From: Squalus acanthias | Taxonomy: Eukaryota | DNA: 64,000 nucleotides | NCBI GenBank assembly: GCA_030390025.1 | Contig: CM059449.1 | Coordinates: 17,050,001 to 17,114,000 of the forward strand | Reading direction: 5' to 3' | Notes under the pieces: model-generated | Database searches by the model: none | What the model saw: the letters and a program-made list of their open reading frames with translations, nothing else | What the model was told of the DNA's origin: nothing | Part shown: piece after piece, positions 36,352 to 50,191 of the stretch | How positions within the stretch are numbered: position 1 is the first letter of the stretch | Layout: each line of letters opens with the position of its first letter | Position numbers and translations under genes: made by a program

Positions 36352-39300
36352 GACTTCTCACAATCGGCTCTTGACTAATCTAGCTTCCTATTGCTCTCTC
36401 TCAACTTGGGCATTAGTTAGTAGGGAGTCTTGAAGATTTCTCCCTTCTAATAATCCATTCCGGTGTTCCAATTCTGCCCCGCCTGGGGTATCCTCTGTTT
36501 CTTCTATCTTTCCTGATGTTACCCCGCCTGGGGTCTCCTCTACATTGCTTCGGATCTTCTCTTTCGGTGTGCTCAATTTGTTAGTGCTGGTTAGTCATGG
36601 GCATGAGTACCCAATTGCTCTTGTCTATCTTACTACATAGGTTACATATATCAAATACACTATCATTACAAGTTGGAGAACTACCAGAGCGTGTGAAATA
36701 ATACAAATCTAAGTGTGTGCTGATATATTAAGCCCAATTATCCCACCAGTGTGAGTTGTCCCCTATACTGTCAATTTCAATATCTATTCTCGAGTTGTCT
36801 TCCTTCAGAACATAAAAATGCTTTAGGGAGGAGTTCAGTCGCATCATGAGCTCACTGATAACTTTAGACAACAGGGGAATGTCGTATCCGAATTATGCCA
36901 CATAATTGTGCAGCTCATACTTAAGTACCTCATTTACTGTCAGTTTCACTTGAGCATAGGTTTCGATATTATGTAAAATGTGTTGGTTAACGGGACAGGT
37001 CCTGTTAGACCCGTAAAGCATGGTAGTTGCGGTAGTAGTGACACAGGAGGCACTACCAAAACCACCTCATACTGGATTCGCACTGGTTTTTCCCACGCTC
37101 TGTTACCTCCAAAACACAATTATTACAGTCACAGTTAAATTCAGTCTTACAATTTCAAGCAACATTACAGTTTAACATCTAATCAACAAATCATGGACTT
37201 AAAAGATTCTCCAGATCTCTTTTTTACTCGTATCCATCTTGTGGATAATTCTTGTTAAACATGATTTCTCCTTAGCCCTCAATTGTCCCAATCCAGATTC
37301 CATGTAACTCTCCACTTCAACTTCAATTTCAATCCTTCTAACAGGTACCAGTGTGTTTAACTCTATTCTGATTGTTTCATTAATTAGATAGTTTCTCGAT
37401 GGAGTATGTGTCAATGCTTTAAAAGTTGTCTCGCTCTCCTGAGCCACATTAACCATTTCATGTCTTGCTGTTGTCAAGTAACTGAGCATGTCTGAGACCC
37501 GTTCTTCAGTGCAAATTCAACATACATTTCCAGATGGTAATCGCTTCATACGTAACAAATCACATTTGCACACTCATACCGGTATCTCAATATCGTGCCA
37601 CATGTGCCCCTCTCGGGCTCCCAGGCATCTTATCAAAAGATTGTCTTAGTTCATCTTCCTCTGCATGGTCCCGATATCTTGGATAGTGGCCAGGCTATCA
37701 AATTTAGTTTTCTTAAAAGTTCATTATAGGCAGGGACACAAATGTCTCCAAGAGAAAGCTAACAATTTACTATTCTTAGCTACACTTTCCTGACTTCCAC
37801 TAACAAGTTTTTTTTAAATTCCCATTCAGCAGTGTAATTTCTCCTGTTTCTATCTTACACATCCCATTAATTGCCATTCATATCTCATTCATGAGCCCTG
37901 GAGTAACTTTACTGTCCAGTATAATATTTAAGATTGAAAACATAGATCAAACATTCTCACTAGGTCCAAGTTACTAACACTTTTTATTTATCATTATTTT
38001 AGAGGATCTTTTATTTTCCAAAAGTAACCCAATATATAGTGCCTGAGTCCATTTTGTTATTACAAAATTATCCCAAAATCCAAACAGCAGTACTGTTGAA
38101 CTGATAGGTTTTGTCAATGTTCAATTTCATTTCTATCAATTTATCCTCCATTTCCAATTTCAGAAACAAGTGATTCCCAGGCTAGATGGCTTGCACAGTG
38201 TTTTAACATTAGAGACAGAAGTGCTGCAATTAGTTTACAAGGTAACTTCCATATAACAAAAGAAAGAAGAGACTCCATTGTGACTCTACTTAGAGCCCAA
38301 GGGGTTAATTTATCAAATCATAATTTTCCTTCTGTCACTGTGGGGACATATTAACTTAAAATTAAGAAACTTATATTTAATAATGTCCAATATCTTTAAA
38401 TTTCATACTAAAGTTGTTGCTCGATGAACTTAATCAGCTGTCAGTGGAAAGGGTTAACTACTTTGCAGGTTTTTTTAAGAAGGTGAAGCAAAACATTATC
38501 AGGCGCACGCAATTGCGTCACTTCACGTAAATTAAAAAAAACTTTCCCGATCCAAAAAAGCAGTTGTGTGTTCACACTTTAACTAAACACGAACAGAACA
38601 GATAAAACAAAACAAAATAGCACATGCATGCAGAACTAGTAAATTACATCATATTTCGTATTGTCCTTTCTTCAGATGTCTTTCCAAAATACTATAACTA
38701 TAAATTAGTTTTTCACATTTAAGCAAATCAAATCAAATTGCTTTGGAAGATTTCACCATAGCAACCGCGACTCCAAGGTTAAATCTTAGACCGAAACTTA
38801 TTCTTTTGTTAAACAACTTTTTTTTGTTGTTCTTCTCAGTTTTTACACACCAGCTTAACTTAAATTGTAATTGAAATTAGTTTTTTTTTCTAATTCTTGG
38901 GGCACTTTCCCTGCAAAGTCTGATATAAAATTCCTGTCTATCCCTGACAGTAAAGGCGAATTTCCTTGTGATTCCTCTGCCAATGGTATGGACCAGAACC
39001 CGTTCTGTATCCAAGACTGTAAATATTTCAAAATCTGGTTTCAGACCATTAAATATCTTATTCAATGCAGTCTACACAAGTTTACACCAACCAGAATTTC
39101 ACCGTGCACAATGAAAGTCTGGTTTTTAATAGGTTAATTAACCTCAATAATTCCAATTCAATCCAGATCAATTTTTTTAAAAACTAACCAGTGTCAGTTG
39201 GAAAAGAAAACATAGTCGCATTTAACAAAGAAACAATTACCATGCCTTGTAAACATTAAAATTAATTTTCTTTCCAGGCACATTGGCAACTGTGACTTCA

Positions 39301-39889
39301 AGGCTGAAGCTTATACCTCTTTTGTAAAACAATTAACAAACTTAAAACAACAACGCTTGAGTATCATTCAAGACAAGTCTTCAAAGAGATAAAAAACAGC
39401 TTTTAGCTCTCTGTACAAAAGAGTGGGTGGAGCTAAAACATAAACAAAATGATTAACACCCTATTTTTTAGGCAGAATTTTTTTTCTCAGGAACAAAATA
39501 ATACTGTAACTTAACAAACTTAAACATTCACACAATCAGTAATCTTTTACCATTTCACACACACTTTCACACAACTGAGATCCCAGTATTCCTTTTAAGA
39601 TTCCTTTCACTCAACAAATCTTGTATATTAGCTTTTATCTCGGCACAGACACTAATAACTTCCATGCCGGTAAAACTTTTCTCAGCAGCTTTTCCTGGCT
39701 TTCCAAATCCCTTTTTTTTTGCTTTGAGTTTCAGATTTCGGGTTGTAAAGTACCTGATTGAAAGATGAGGTGCTGTTCCTCGGGCTTACGTTGTGCTTCA
39801 TTTGAACAGTGTAAGAGGCCGAGGACGGAGAGGTCAGAGTGTGAGTGGAGCGGAGAATTAAAGTGACAGGCGACTGGAAGCTTGGGGTC

Positions 39890-40410
39890 TGTCGAAGTAT
39901 CAACTTCCGATTCAAGACTCTTGTAAACAATATCGTCAAAGAAGGCTTTTTATTATATTTTACTTGCAAGGAGACTGCAACCATAGCCCAATTAGCTATG
40001 ATGACAGACTGCCGAATCACAGAAAATGGAGTATTCTTATACAGTATAATATCACATGACATGTTGTTTAAGGTAAGCTAAGTTAACAATTAGAAAAAAC
40101 ACATTAGAAATGCCTTACAATGAGACTAGCTAATCTCTCTAAAATGGAGTCTATCTATTTTACTTCTCTCACCAAGGCCAAGGCGCCTGGTTTGTTTACT
40201 TTACTAGCCCTTGGTTATCTCAATATTAAGCCTGTTTTCTTTTGTGCAGGCAGACTTTTGCTGACAGCATAGTCTAAGACTTTAAAGTTATTTTCAGAAA
40301 AGAACATAACAATGGATTTTTTCCCTTTTCCACACAAGTCAGAGTCGGCCATTTTATTAGTTTAAATTCAAGGAAACCATTTTGTCCGAGACGAAAACTG
40401 CACTTCCACA
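39890..40410 (-). repeat. ERV 5' LTR
   Basis: Same 521-bp sequence with about 7 substitutions; no PBS visible next to it. Confidence 0.92.
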
Positions 40411-43400
40411 GGTCCCCCTTACGGACTGAGCGGAGGTGTCCCGCAAAGCGGTCACCCAATTTGCGTTTGGTCTCCCCAATGTAGAGGAGATCGCATCATG
40501 AGCAGCAAATACAGTATACATCAAACCAGTCAACATTCTCCATCGTGCGGGGAGTAAAGTGATGGCTTCAAACTCAAAATGCCTCCATGGTGACTCACGG
40601 GAGTAAAGGTTCAGAACCAAAGTAACTGTGTTACAGCCTAAGTAATGGGATAGCTGAGCCAGAATTAACCACTGGGCCCAACCTGTCATCTGCTGACATT
40701 GACAGATGTACAATATTCGGCAGGGGAAGCCCTCCTTAGTTGAATAGCTTCCGTCGATCATTGTCCGGGCTCACAGATGAAGATGGCCACTAAGAGTTAC
40801 CACCTGTGGAACAATAGGCAAACCATGACTCAGCTCCTTCAGCGGGAAGGCAGGGGGTCAATTATGTAAATAGCTTCATGAGATGTTTCTTGCCCCCTAA
40901 ATTTCCTGTATCAATCTAATCGAAATCACCAAAAGCAAGCTCTTTTTTTCTGTTGGCCGCGTTTGCTTTTCCAGACGTTTAATATATACAGAGAGAATTG
41001 TTGTTCTTTTTTCACTGACTTGTTTTCTGTGCAGAATGTGGCTCATCTGCAGGTTACTAAAGTTCATGCCGAGTGTGCTATTCTGCACGTAGCTTCATGT
41101 GTTCAGCCGGATTCACACTAACAACGAAACTCTGCAACAAAGCACTTGAGTCAAAGGCCGAATCTATGAAAGACACTGAGCCTCGTTCAAAACCTATAGC
41201 TGGAATCCAATGTGTTAGCAAAGTGTTAGGTTGCAAAAATGTGTGTTGCTGTTTCTTAATTGCAGTCACTTAATTTAAGCAACGAGAACCATTCGTCAAC
41301 TTGACTCGACACTGCACGATGCTAAGGAAAGCCTGAGTGAACTCCATCCCAGTCTGTGGTCAGCTCCATCCTCATTTTAGTTAGCATCATAACGTGGAAG
41401 AAAGATACCAACAACCAAAATCCATCGCAACTGCCTAAAATTCAAACATTACGCCTGGGCCTGAAATTTACAAAAAAAATATAAGGAAACTTACCACCTT
41501 CACGTGCAACCATTGTATATGTCTTTTCAGGAAGATGTTAACTTTTTTACTTTAAAAAAACTTAAAGGACTCCAATAAAATGAAAAGCAAGAGAAATTGA
41601 TAATATAGAGCGAAGATTTCAGTCTTTTAGAATCAGAAACATTTACGGCACAGAAGGGGGCCATACGCCCCATCATGTCTGTGCTGGTTTAAATAGAGCT
41701 CACCAGCCGAATCCCACTTTCCTGCTCTTGGTCCGTAGCCTTGTAGATTACAGCACTTCAAGTACATATTCAACTATTATTTAAATGTGACGAGGGTTTC
41801 TGCCTCTACCACCCGGTCAGACATTGAGCTCCAGACCTCCAACACCCTCTGGGTGAAAAAAGTTCGCCTCAACTCCCATCTAAACATCCTATCAATTACT
41901 TTAAATCTATGCCCCCTGGTTATTGACCTCTCTGCTAGGGGAAATAGGTCCTCCATATCCACTCTATCTAGGCCCCTCATAATTTTATACATCTCAATCA
42001 AGTCTCCAGTCAGCCTGCCTCCTCTGTTCCAAAGAAAACAGTCCCAGCCTATCCAAACTTTCCTCATAGCTAAAACTCTCCAGCCCTGGCAGCATCCTCG
42101 TAAATCTCTTCTGTACCCACTCTAATGCAATGACACCTTTCCTGTGATATGGTGAACATAACTGTACACAGTACTCTAGCTGTGGCCTAGCTAGAGTTTT
42201 ATATAGTTCAAGCCTAACCTCCCTGCTCTGATATTCTATGCCTCAGCTAATAAAGGAAAGTATCCTGTATGCCTGTCCTGCTATTTTCAGGGACCTCTGG
42301 GCATGCATTCCAAGGTCCCTCGGATCCTCTATGCATCTCAGTATTCTACAAATTAATGTGTTTTCCTTTGCCTTATTAGCACTCCCCAAGTGCATCATAC
42401 TTCTCCAGATTTTACTTATTCCTTCACAGGATGTGGGCATTGCTGGGAAGGCCAGCATTTATTGCACATCCCCCAATTGCCCTCGCGAAGGTGGCGTTGT
42501 GTTGCGTTTTTGAATAAGTGGCTTGCTAGGCCATTTCAGAGGGCAGTTAAGAGCCTACCACATTTCTGTGGATCTGGAGTCACATTTGGCCAGACTAGAT
42601 AAGGACGGTAGATTTCCTTCGCTAAAGGGTATTTGTGAACCAGATGGGTTTTTACGACAATCTGGTAGTTTCATGTAATTTTTGTAATTCATTGAAGCTG
42701 CAGTGGTGGTGATATGAGCTCATATCTCCGGATCATTAGTCCAGGCGCCTGAATTACTAGATCAGTAACATAACCATTATGGTACCAAACCCCCAATTCC
42801 ATTTGCCACTTTTCTGCCCAGCTGATCAGTCCATTGACATATTGCTGCATTCTAAAGCTTTCATCCTCATTATCAACCAAACGGCCAATTTTTGTATCAT
42901 CTGCAAATTTCTTCATCATGCCCCTTACATTGAAGTCTATATCGATTATATTTTTAATGTAGTATCGCTGCAAGATAGTAATTCTTTCCAAGTAATTGAT
43001 TAACATTCTCTTAATCAAGGTGTATAACATTATGAGGGGACTAGATAGAGTGGATAGGAAGGACCTATTTCCCTTAGCAGAAGGGACAATAACCAGGGGA
43101 CACAGATTTAAAGTAATTGGTCGAAGGATTAGCGAGGAGTTGAGGAGAATGCTATCACCCAGAGGGTGGTGGGGATCTGGAACCGACTGCCTGAAACGTT
43201 GTTAGAGGCAGAAACCCTCATGGCATTTAAACTGTACTTGGATATACACTAGAAGTGCTGTAACCAACAGGGCTACGGACCAAGAGCTGGAAAGTGCGAT
43301 TAGGCTGCAGAGCTGGTTTCGGCCGGGCAGTCAGGATGGGCCGAATGGCCTCCTTCTGTACCATAAACCTCTATGATTATAAGAAGCCTATATTTGTGAA

Positions 43401-46400
43401 GGAGGAGGGATGGTCCTGGTTATGTCAAGCTTATGGATTTTTAACAAGCTGCAAGACGACCATTCTTGACTTGTTTCTAAGTTCAGCACTTCCTTACAGA
43501 CCCATGTTGCTATTGCGCAACATAAACAGGAAACGCTGAAAGTGCTCAACATGTCAGTCGACATAGAATCATAGAATCATAGAAAGTAACAGCACGGAAG
43601 GAGGCCATTTCGGCCCATCGTGTCCGCACCGGCCAATAAAGAGCTATCCAGCCTAATCCCACTTCCCAGCTCTTGCTCCGTATCCCTGCAGATCACAGCA
43701 CCCCACGTACACATCCAAGTACTTTTTAAATGTGGTTAGGCTTCCTGCCTCTACCACCCTTTCAGGCAGTCAGTTCCAGACCCACACAACCCACTGGGTG
43801 AAGACATTTCCCCTCAAATCCCCTCTAAAATTTCCACTAATTACTGTAAATCAGTGCCCCTTGGTTTTTGACACCTCTGCTGAGGGAAATAGGTCCTTTC
43901 TATCCACTTTATCTGTGCCCCTCAAAATTGTATCCATCTCAATAAGGTCTGCCCTCAGCCTCCTCTGTTCCAAGGAAAGCAGACCCAGCCTATCCAGTCT
44001 TTCCTCATAGCTAAGATTCTCTACTCCCTGCAACATCCTTGTAAATCTCCTCTGAAAACTCTCTAGTGCAATCACATCTTTCCTGTAATGAGGTGACCAG
44101 AACTGCGCGCAGTAATCTAGCTGAGGCCTAACTGTGTTTCATACAGTTGAAGTATAACCCCCCTGCTCTTGTTTTCTATGCCACGGCTAATAAAGGCAAG
44201 CATTCCGTATGCCTTCTTAACTTCCTCATCAACCTCGTCTGCTACCTTCAGGGATGTGTGGGCATGCATTCCGAGGTCTCTCTGTTCCTCTATGCTTCTC
44301 GGTATCCTACTATTTAATGGGTATTCCTTTGCCTTATTAGCACGCCCCAAGTGCATCATACTTCTCCAGATTTTTTCTTATTCCTTCACAGGATGTGCGC
44401 ATTGCTGGGAATGCCAGCAATTATTGCCCATCACCCAATTGCCTTGCGACGGTGGCGGTGAGTTGCCTTCTTGATTAACTGGCTTACAAGGCTATTTCAG
44501 AGCGAAGTTAAGAGTTTACCACATTTCTGTGGGTCTGGAGTCACATATAGGCCAGATTAGGTCAGGACGGCAGATTTCCTTCCCTGAAGGACATTAGTGA
44601 ACCAGATGGGTTTTTACGACAATCTGGTAGTTTCATGTAATTAGTGTAATTCATTTAATTTAAATTCTTCAGCTGCAGTGGTGGAGATATGAACTCATAT
44701 CTTCGGATCATTTGTCCAGGCCTCTGAATTACTAGACCAGTAACATAACCATTATGGTACCGTACCCCCAGTTCCATTTGCCACTTTTCTGCCCAGCTGA
44801 ACAGCCATTGATATATTCCTGCATTCTACAGCTTTCATCCTCATTATCAATCAAACGGCCAATTTTTGTATCATGTGCAAACTTCTTCATCATGCCCCTT
44901 ACTTGAAGTCTATACCGATTCTATCTTTTAATGTAGTATCGCTGCAAGATAGTAATTGTTTCCAAGTAATTGATTAACATTCTCTGAATCAAGGTGTACA
45001 AAATTATGAGAGGCCTCGATAGAGTGGATAGGAAGGACCTATTTCCCTTAGCAGAAGGGTCAGTAACCAGGGGCCATAGATTTAAATTAATTGGTAGAAG
45101 GATTACGGAGGATTTGAGGAGAATGCTTTCACCCAGATGGTGGTGGGAGTCTGGAACTCACTGCCTGAAAGGGTGGTAGAGGCAGGAACCCTAACAACAT
45201 TTAAAATGTACTTGGATGTGCACGTGGGGTGCTGTAATCTGCAGGGCTACGGACCAAGAGCTGGAAAGTGGGATTAGGCTGGAGAGCTGTTTTTCGGCCG
45301 GCACAGTCAGTTTGGGAGGAATGGCCTCCTTCTGTACCATAAACTTCTATGATTTTAAGAAGCCTATATTTGTGAAGGAGGAGGGATGGTCCTGGTTATG
45401 TCAAGCTTATGGATTTTTAACGAGCTGCAAGACGACCATTCTTGACTTGATTCTAAGTTCAGCACCTCCTTACAGAGCCGTGTTGCTATTGCGAAACATA
45501 AACAGGAAACGCTGAAAGTGCTCAGCATGTCAGTCGACATAGAATCATAGAATCATAGAAAGTAACAGCACGGAAGGAGGCCATTTCGGCCCATCGTGTC
45601 CGCACCGGCCAACAAAGAGCTATCCAGCCTAATCCCACTTCCCAGCTCTTGGTCCGTAGCCCTGCAGATTACAGCACCCCACGTGCACATCCAAGTACAT
45701 TTTAAATGTTGTTAGGGTTCCTGCCTCTACCACCCTTTCAGGCAGTCAGTTCCAGACCCACACAACCCACTGGGTGAAGAAATTTACCCTCAAATCCCCT
45801 CTAAAATTTCCACTAATTACTGTAAATCAGTGCCCCTTGGTTTTTGACCCCTCTGCTGAGGGAAATAGGTCCTTTCTATCCACTTTATCTGTGCCCCTCA
45901 AAATTTTATCCATCTCAATAAGGTCTGCCCTCAGCCTCCTCTGTTCAAAGGAAAACAGACCCAGCCTATCCAGTCTTTCCTCCTGGCTAAGATTCTCTAC
46001 TCCCGGCAACATCCTTGTAAATCTCCTCTGAAAACTCTCTAGTGCAATCACATCTTTCCTGTAATATGGTGACCAGAACTGCACGCAGTAATCTAGCTGA
46101 GGCCTAACTGTGTTTCATACAGTTGAAGTATATCCCCCCTGCTCTTGTTCTCCATGCCATGGTTAATAAAGGCAAGCATTCCGTATGCCTTCTTAACAAC
46201 CTTATCAACATCAACTGCTCCCTTCAGGGACGTGTGGGCATGCATTCCAAGGTCCCTCTCTTCCTCTATGCTTCTCAGTATCCTACTATTTAATGTGTAA
46301 TCCTTTGCCTTATTAGCACGCCCCAAGTGCATCATACCTCTCCAGGTTTTTTCTTATTCCTTCACATTATGTGCGCATTGCTGGGAAGGCCAGCAATTAT

Positions 46401-49400
46401 TGCCCATCACCCAATTGCCTTGCGACGGTGGCGGTGAGTTGCCTTCTTGATTAAATGGCTTGCTAGGCCATTTCAGAGGGCAGTTAAGAGCTTACCGCAT
46501 TTCTGTGGGTCTGGAGTCACATTTTGGCCAGATTAGGTCAGGACGGCAGATTTCCTTCCCTAAAGGACATTAGTGAACCAGATGGGTTTTTACGACAATG
46601 TGGTAGTTTCATGTAATTAGTGTAATTCATTTAATTTAAATTCTTCAGCTGCAGTGGTGGAGATATGAACTCATATCTTCGGATCATTTGTCCAGGCCTC
46701 TGAATTACTAGACCAGTAATATAACCATTGTGGTACCATACCCCCAATTCCATTTGCCACTTTTCTGCCCAGCTGAACAGCCATTGATATATTCCTGCAT
46801 TCTACAGCTTTCATCCTCATTATCAATCAAACGGCCAATTTTTGTATCATCTGCAAACTTCTTCATCATGCCCCTTACTTGAAGTCTATATCGATTCTAT
46901 CTTTTAATGTAGTATCACTGCAAGATAGTAATTGTTTCCAAGTAATTGATTAACATTCTCTGAATCAAGGTGTATAAAATTATGAGAGTCCTCGATAGAG
47001 TGGATAGGAAGGACCTATTTCCCTTAGCAGAAGGGTCAATAACCAGGGGCCATAGATTTAAATTAATTGGTAGAAGGATTAGGGAGGATTTGAGGAGAAT
47101 GCTTTCACCCAGCGGGTGGTGGGGATCTGGAACTCACTGCCTGAAAGGGTGGTAGAGGCAGAAACCCTCATGGCATTTAAACTGTACTTGGATATACACC
47201 AGAAGTGCTGTAACCTACAGGGCTACGGACCAAGAGCTTGAAAGTGGGATTAGGCTGGAGAGCTGTTTTTCGGCCGGCACAGTCAGGTTGGGCCGAATGG
47301 CCTCCTTCTCTACCATAAACTTCTATGATTATAAGAAGCCTATATTTGTGAAGGAGGAGGGATGGTCCTGGTTATGTCAAGCTTATGGATTTTTAACCTG
47401 CTGCAAGACGACCATTCTTGACTTGATTTCTAAGTTCAGCAACTCCTTACAGAGCCGTGTTGCTATTGCGAAACATAAACAGGAAACGCTGAAAGTGCTC
47501 AGCATGTCAGTCGACATAGAATCATAGAATCATAGAAAGTAACAGCACGGAAGGAGGCCATTTCGGCCCATCGTGTCCGCACCGGCCAACAAAGAGCTAT
47601 CCAGCCTAATCCCACTTCCCAGCTCTGGGGCCATAGCCCTGCAGATTATTGCACCCCACGTGCACATCCAAGTACTTTTTAAATGTGGTTAGGTTTCCTG
47701 CCTCTACCACCCTTTCAGACAGTCAGTTCCAGACCCACACAACCCACTGGGTGAAGAAATTTCCCCTCAAATCCCCTCTAAAATTTCCACTAATTACTGT
47801 AAATCAGTGCCCCTTGGTTTTAGACCCCTCTGCTGAGGGAAATAGGTCCTTTCTATCCACTTTATCTGTGCCCCTCAACATTTTATCCATCTCAATAAGG
47901 TCTGCCCTCAGCCTCCTCTGTTCCAAGGAAAACAGACTCAGCCTATCCAGTCTTTCCTCATAGCTAAGATTCTCTACTCCCGGCAACATCCTTGTAAATC
48001 TCCTCTGAAAACTCTCTAGTGCAGTCACATCTTTCCTGTAATGTGGTGACCAGAACTGCACGCAGTAATCTAGCTGAGGCCTAACTGTGTTTCATACAGT
48101 TGAAGTATAACCCCCCTGCTCTTGTTTTCTATGCCACGGCTAATAAAGGCAAGCATTCCGTATGCCTTCTTAAACACCTTATCAACCTCGCCTGCTATCT
48201 TCAGGGATGTGTGGGCACGCATTCCAAGGTCCCTCTGTTCCTCTATGCTTCTCAGTATCCTACTATTTAATGTGTATTCCTTTGCCTTATTAGCACGCCC
48301 CAAGTGCATCATACTTCTCCAGATTTTTTTTTATTCCTTCACAGGATGTGCGCATTGCTGGGAAGGCCAGCAGTTATTGCCCATCCCCCAATTGCCTTGC
48401 GACGGTTGCGGTGAGTTGCCTTCATGATTAAGTGGCTTGCTAGGCCATTTCAGAGGTCAGTTAAGAGCTTACCACATTTATGTGGGTCTGGAGTCACATA
48501 TATGCCAGATTATGTCGGGACGGCAGATTTCCTTCCCTAAAGGACATTAGTGAACCAGATGGGTTTTTACAACAATCTGGTAGTTTCATGTAATTAGTGT
48601 AATTCATTTAATTTAAATTCTTCAGCTGCAGTGGTGGAGATATGAACTCATATCTCCGGACCATTAGTCCAGGCCCCTAAATTACTAGACCAGTAATATA
48701 ACCACTATGCTACTGTACCCCTAATTCCATTTGCCAATTTTCTGCCCAGCTGACCAGCCATTGATATATTCCTGCATTCTACAGCTTTCATCCTCATTAT
48801 CAACCAAACGGCCAATTTTTGTATCAACTGCAAACTTCTTCATCATGCCCCTACATTGAAGTCTATATCGATTATATCTTTTAATGTAGTATCGCTGCAA
48901 GATAGTAATTGTTTCCAAGTAATTGATTAACATTCTCTTAATCAAGGTGTATAAAATTATGAGGGACCCTCGATAGAGTGGATAGGAAGGACCTATTTCC
49001 CTCAGCAGAAGGGTCAATAACCAGGGGACATAGTTTTAAAGTAATTGGTAGAAGGATTAGGGAGGAGTTGAGGAGAATGCTTTCAATCAGAGGGTGGTGG
49101 GGATCTGCAACTCACTGCCTAAAACGGTGGTAGAGGCAGAAACCCTCATGGCTTTTAAACTGTACTTTGATATACACTAGAAGTGCTGTAACCTACAGGG
49201 CTACGGACCATGAGCTGGAAAGTGGGATTAGGCTGGAGAGCTGTTTTTCGAACCGCACAGTGAGGATGGGCCGATTGCCCTCCTTCTGTGCCATAAACCT
49301 CTATGATTATAAGAAGCATATATTTGTGAGGAGGAGGGATGGTCCTGATTGTGTCAAATATATGGATTTTTAACGAGCTGCAAGACCACCATTCTTGACT

Positions 49401-50106
49401 TGATTCTAAATTCTGCACCTCCTTAACAGAGCTGTGCTGCTATTGCGCAACATTAACAGGAAATGCTGAAAGTGCTCAACATGTCAGTCGACATAGAATC
49501 ATAGAACCATAGAAAGTAACAGCACGGAAGGAGCCATTTCGGCCCATCGTGTCTGCGCCGGCCAACAAAGAACTACCCAGCCGAATCCCACTTCCAGCTC
49601 TTGGTCTGTAGCCCTGCAGGTTAGAGCATGCCACGTGCACATCCAAGTACTTTTTAAATGTGGTTAGGGTTCCTGCCTCTACCACCCTTTCAGGCAGTGA
49701 GTTCCAGACCCACACAACGCTCTGGGTGAAGAAATGTCCCCTCAAATCCCCTCTATACCTTCCACCAATTAATGTAAATCTGAGCCCCTTGGTTTTTGAC
49801 CCCTCTGCTGAGGGAAATAGGTCCTTTCTATCCACTTTATCTGTGCCCCTCATAATTTTATACACCTCAATAAGGTCTCCATCTAGCTTCCTCTTTTCCA
49901 AGGAAATGAGTCCTAGCCTATCCAGTCTTTCCTCTTAGCTAAGATTCTCTAATCCCAGGAACATCCTTGTAAATCTCCTCTGTACCCTCTCTAGTGCAAT
50001 CACATCTTTCCTTAATGTGGTGACCAGAACTGCACGCAGTACTCTAGCTGAGGCCTAACTGTGTTTCATACAGTTGAAGTATAAACCCCCTGCTCTTGTT
50101 TTCTAT

Positions 50107-50191
50107 TGAGAGGTCGCACAACACCAGGTTATAGTCCAACAGTTTTATTTGAAATCACAAGCTTTCGGAACTATCGCTCCTTCCTCAGGTG
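50107..50191 (-). mobile_element. Single-arm copy of the same Penelope-type repeat
   Basis: Minus strand cacctgaggaaggagcgatagttccgaaagcttgtgatttc; flanked by duplicated ttttctat. Confidence 0.7.

Larger units (their letters stand above)
32925..40410 (-). mobile_element. Defective endogenous retrovirus (gamma/epsilon-like integrase and env)
   Basis: 521-bp TG...CA LTRs, GGTC target-site duplication (32921-32924 / 40411-40414), PPT next to the left LTR, integrase and env remnants; no RT or RNase H recognisable. Confidence 0.92.
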
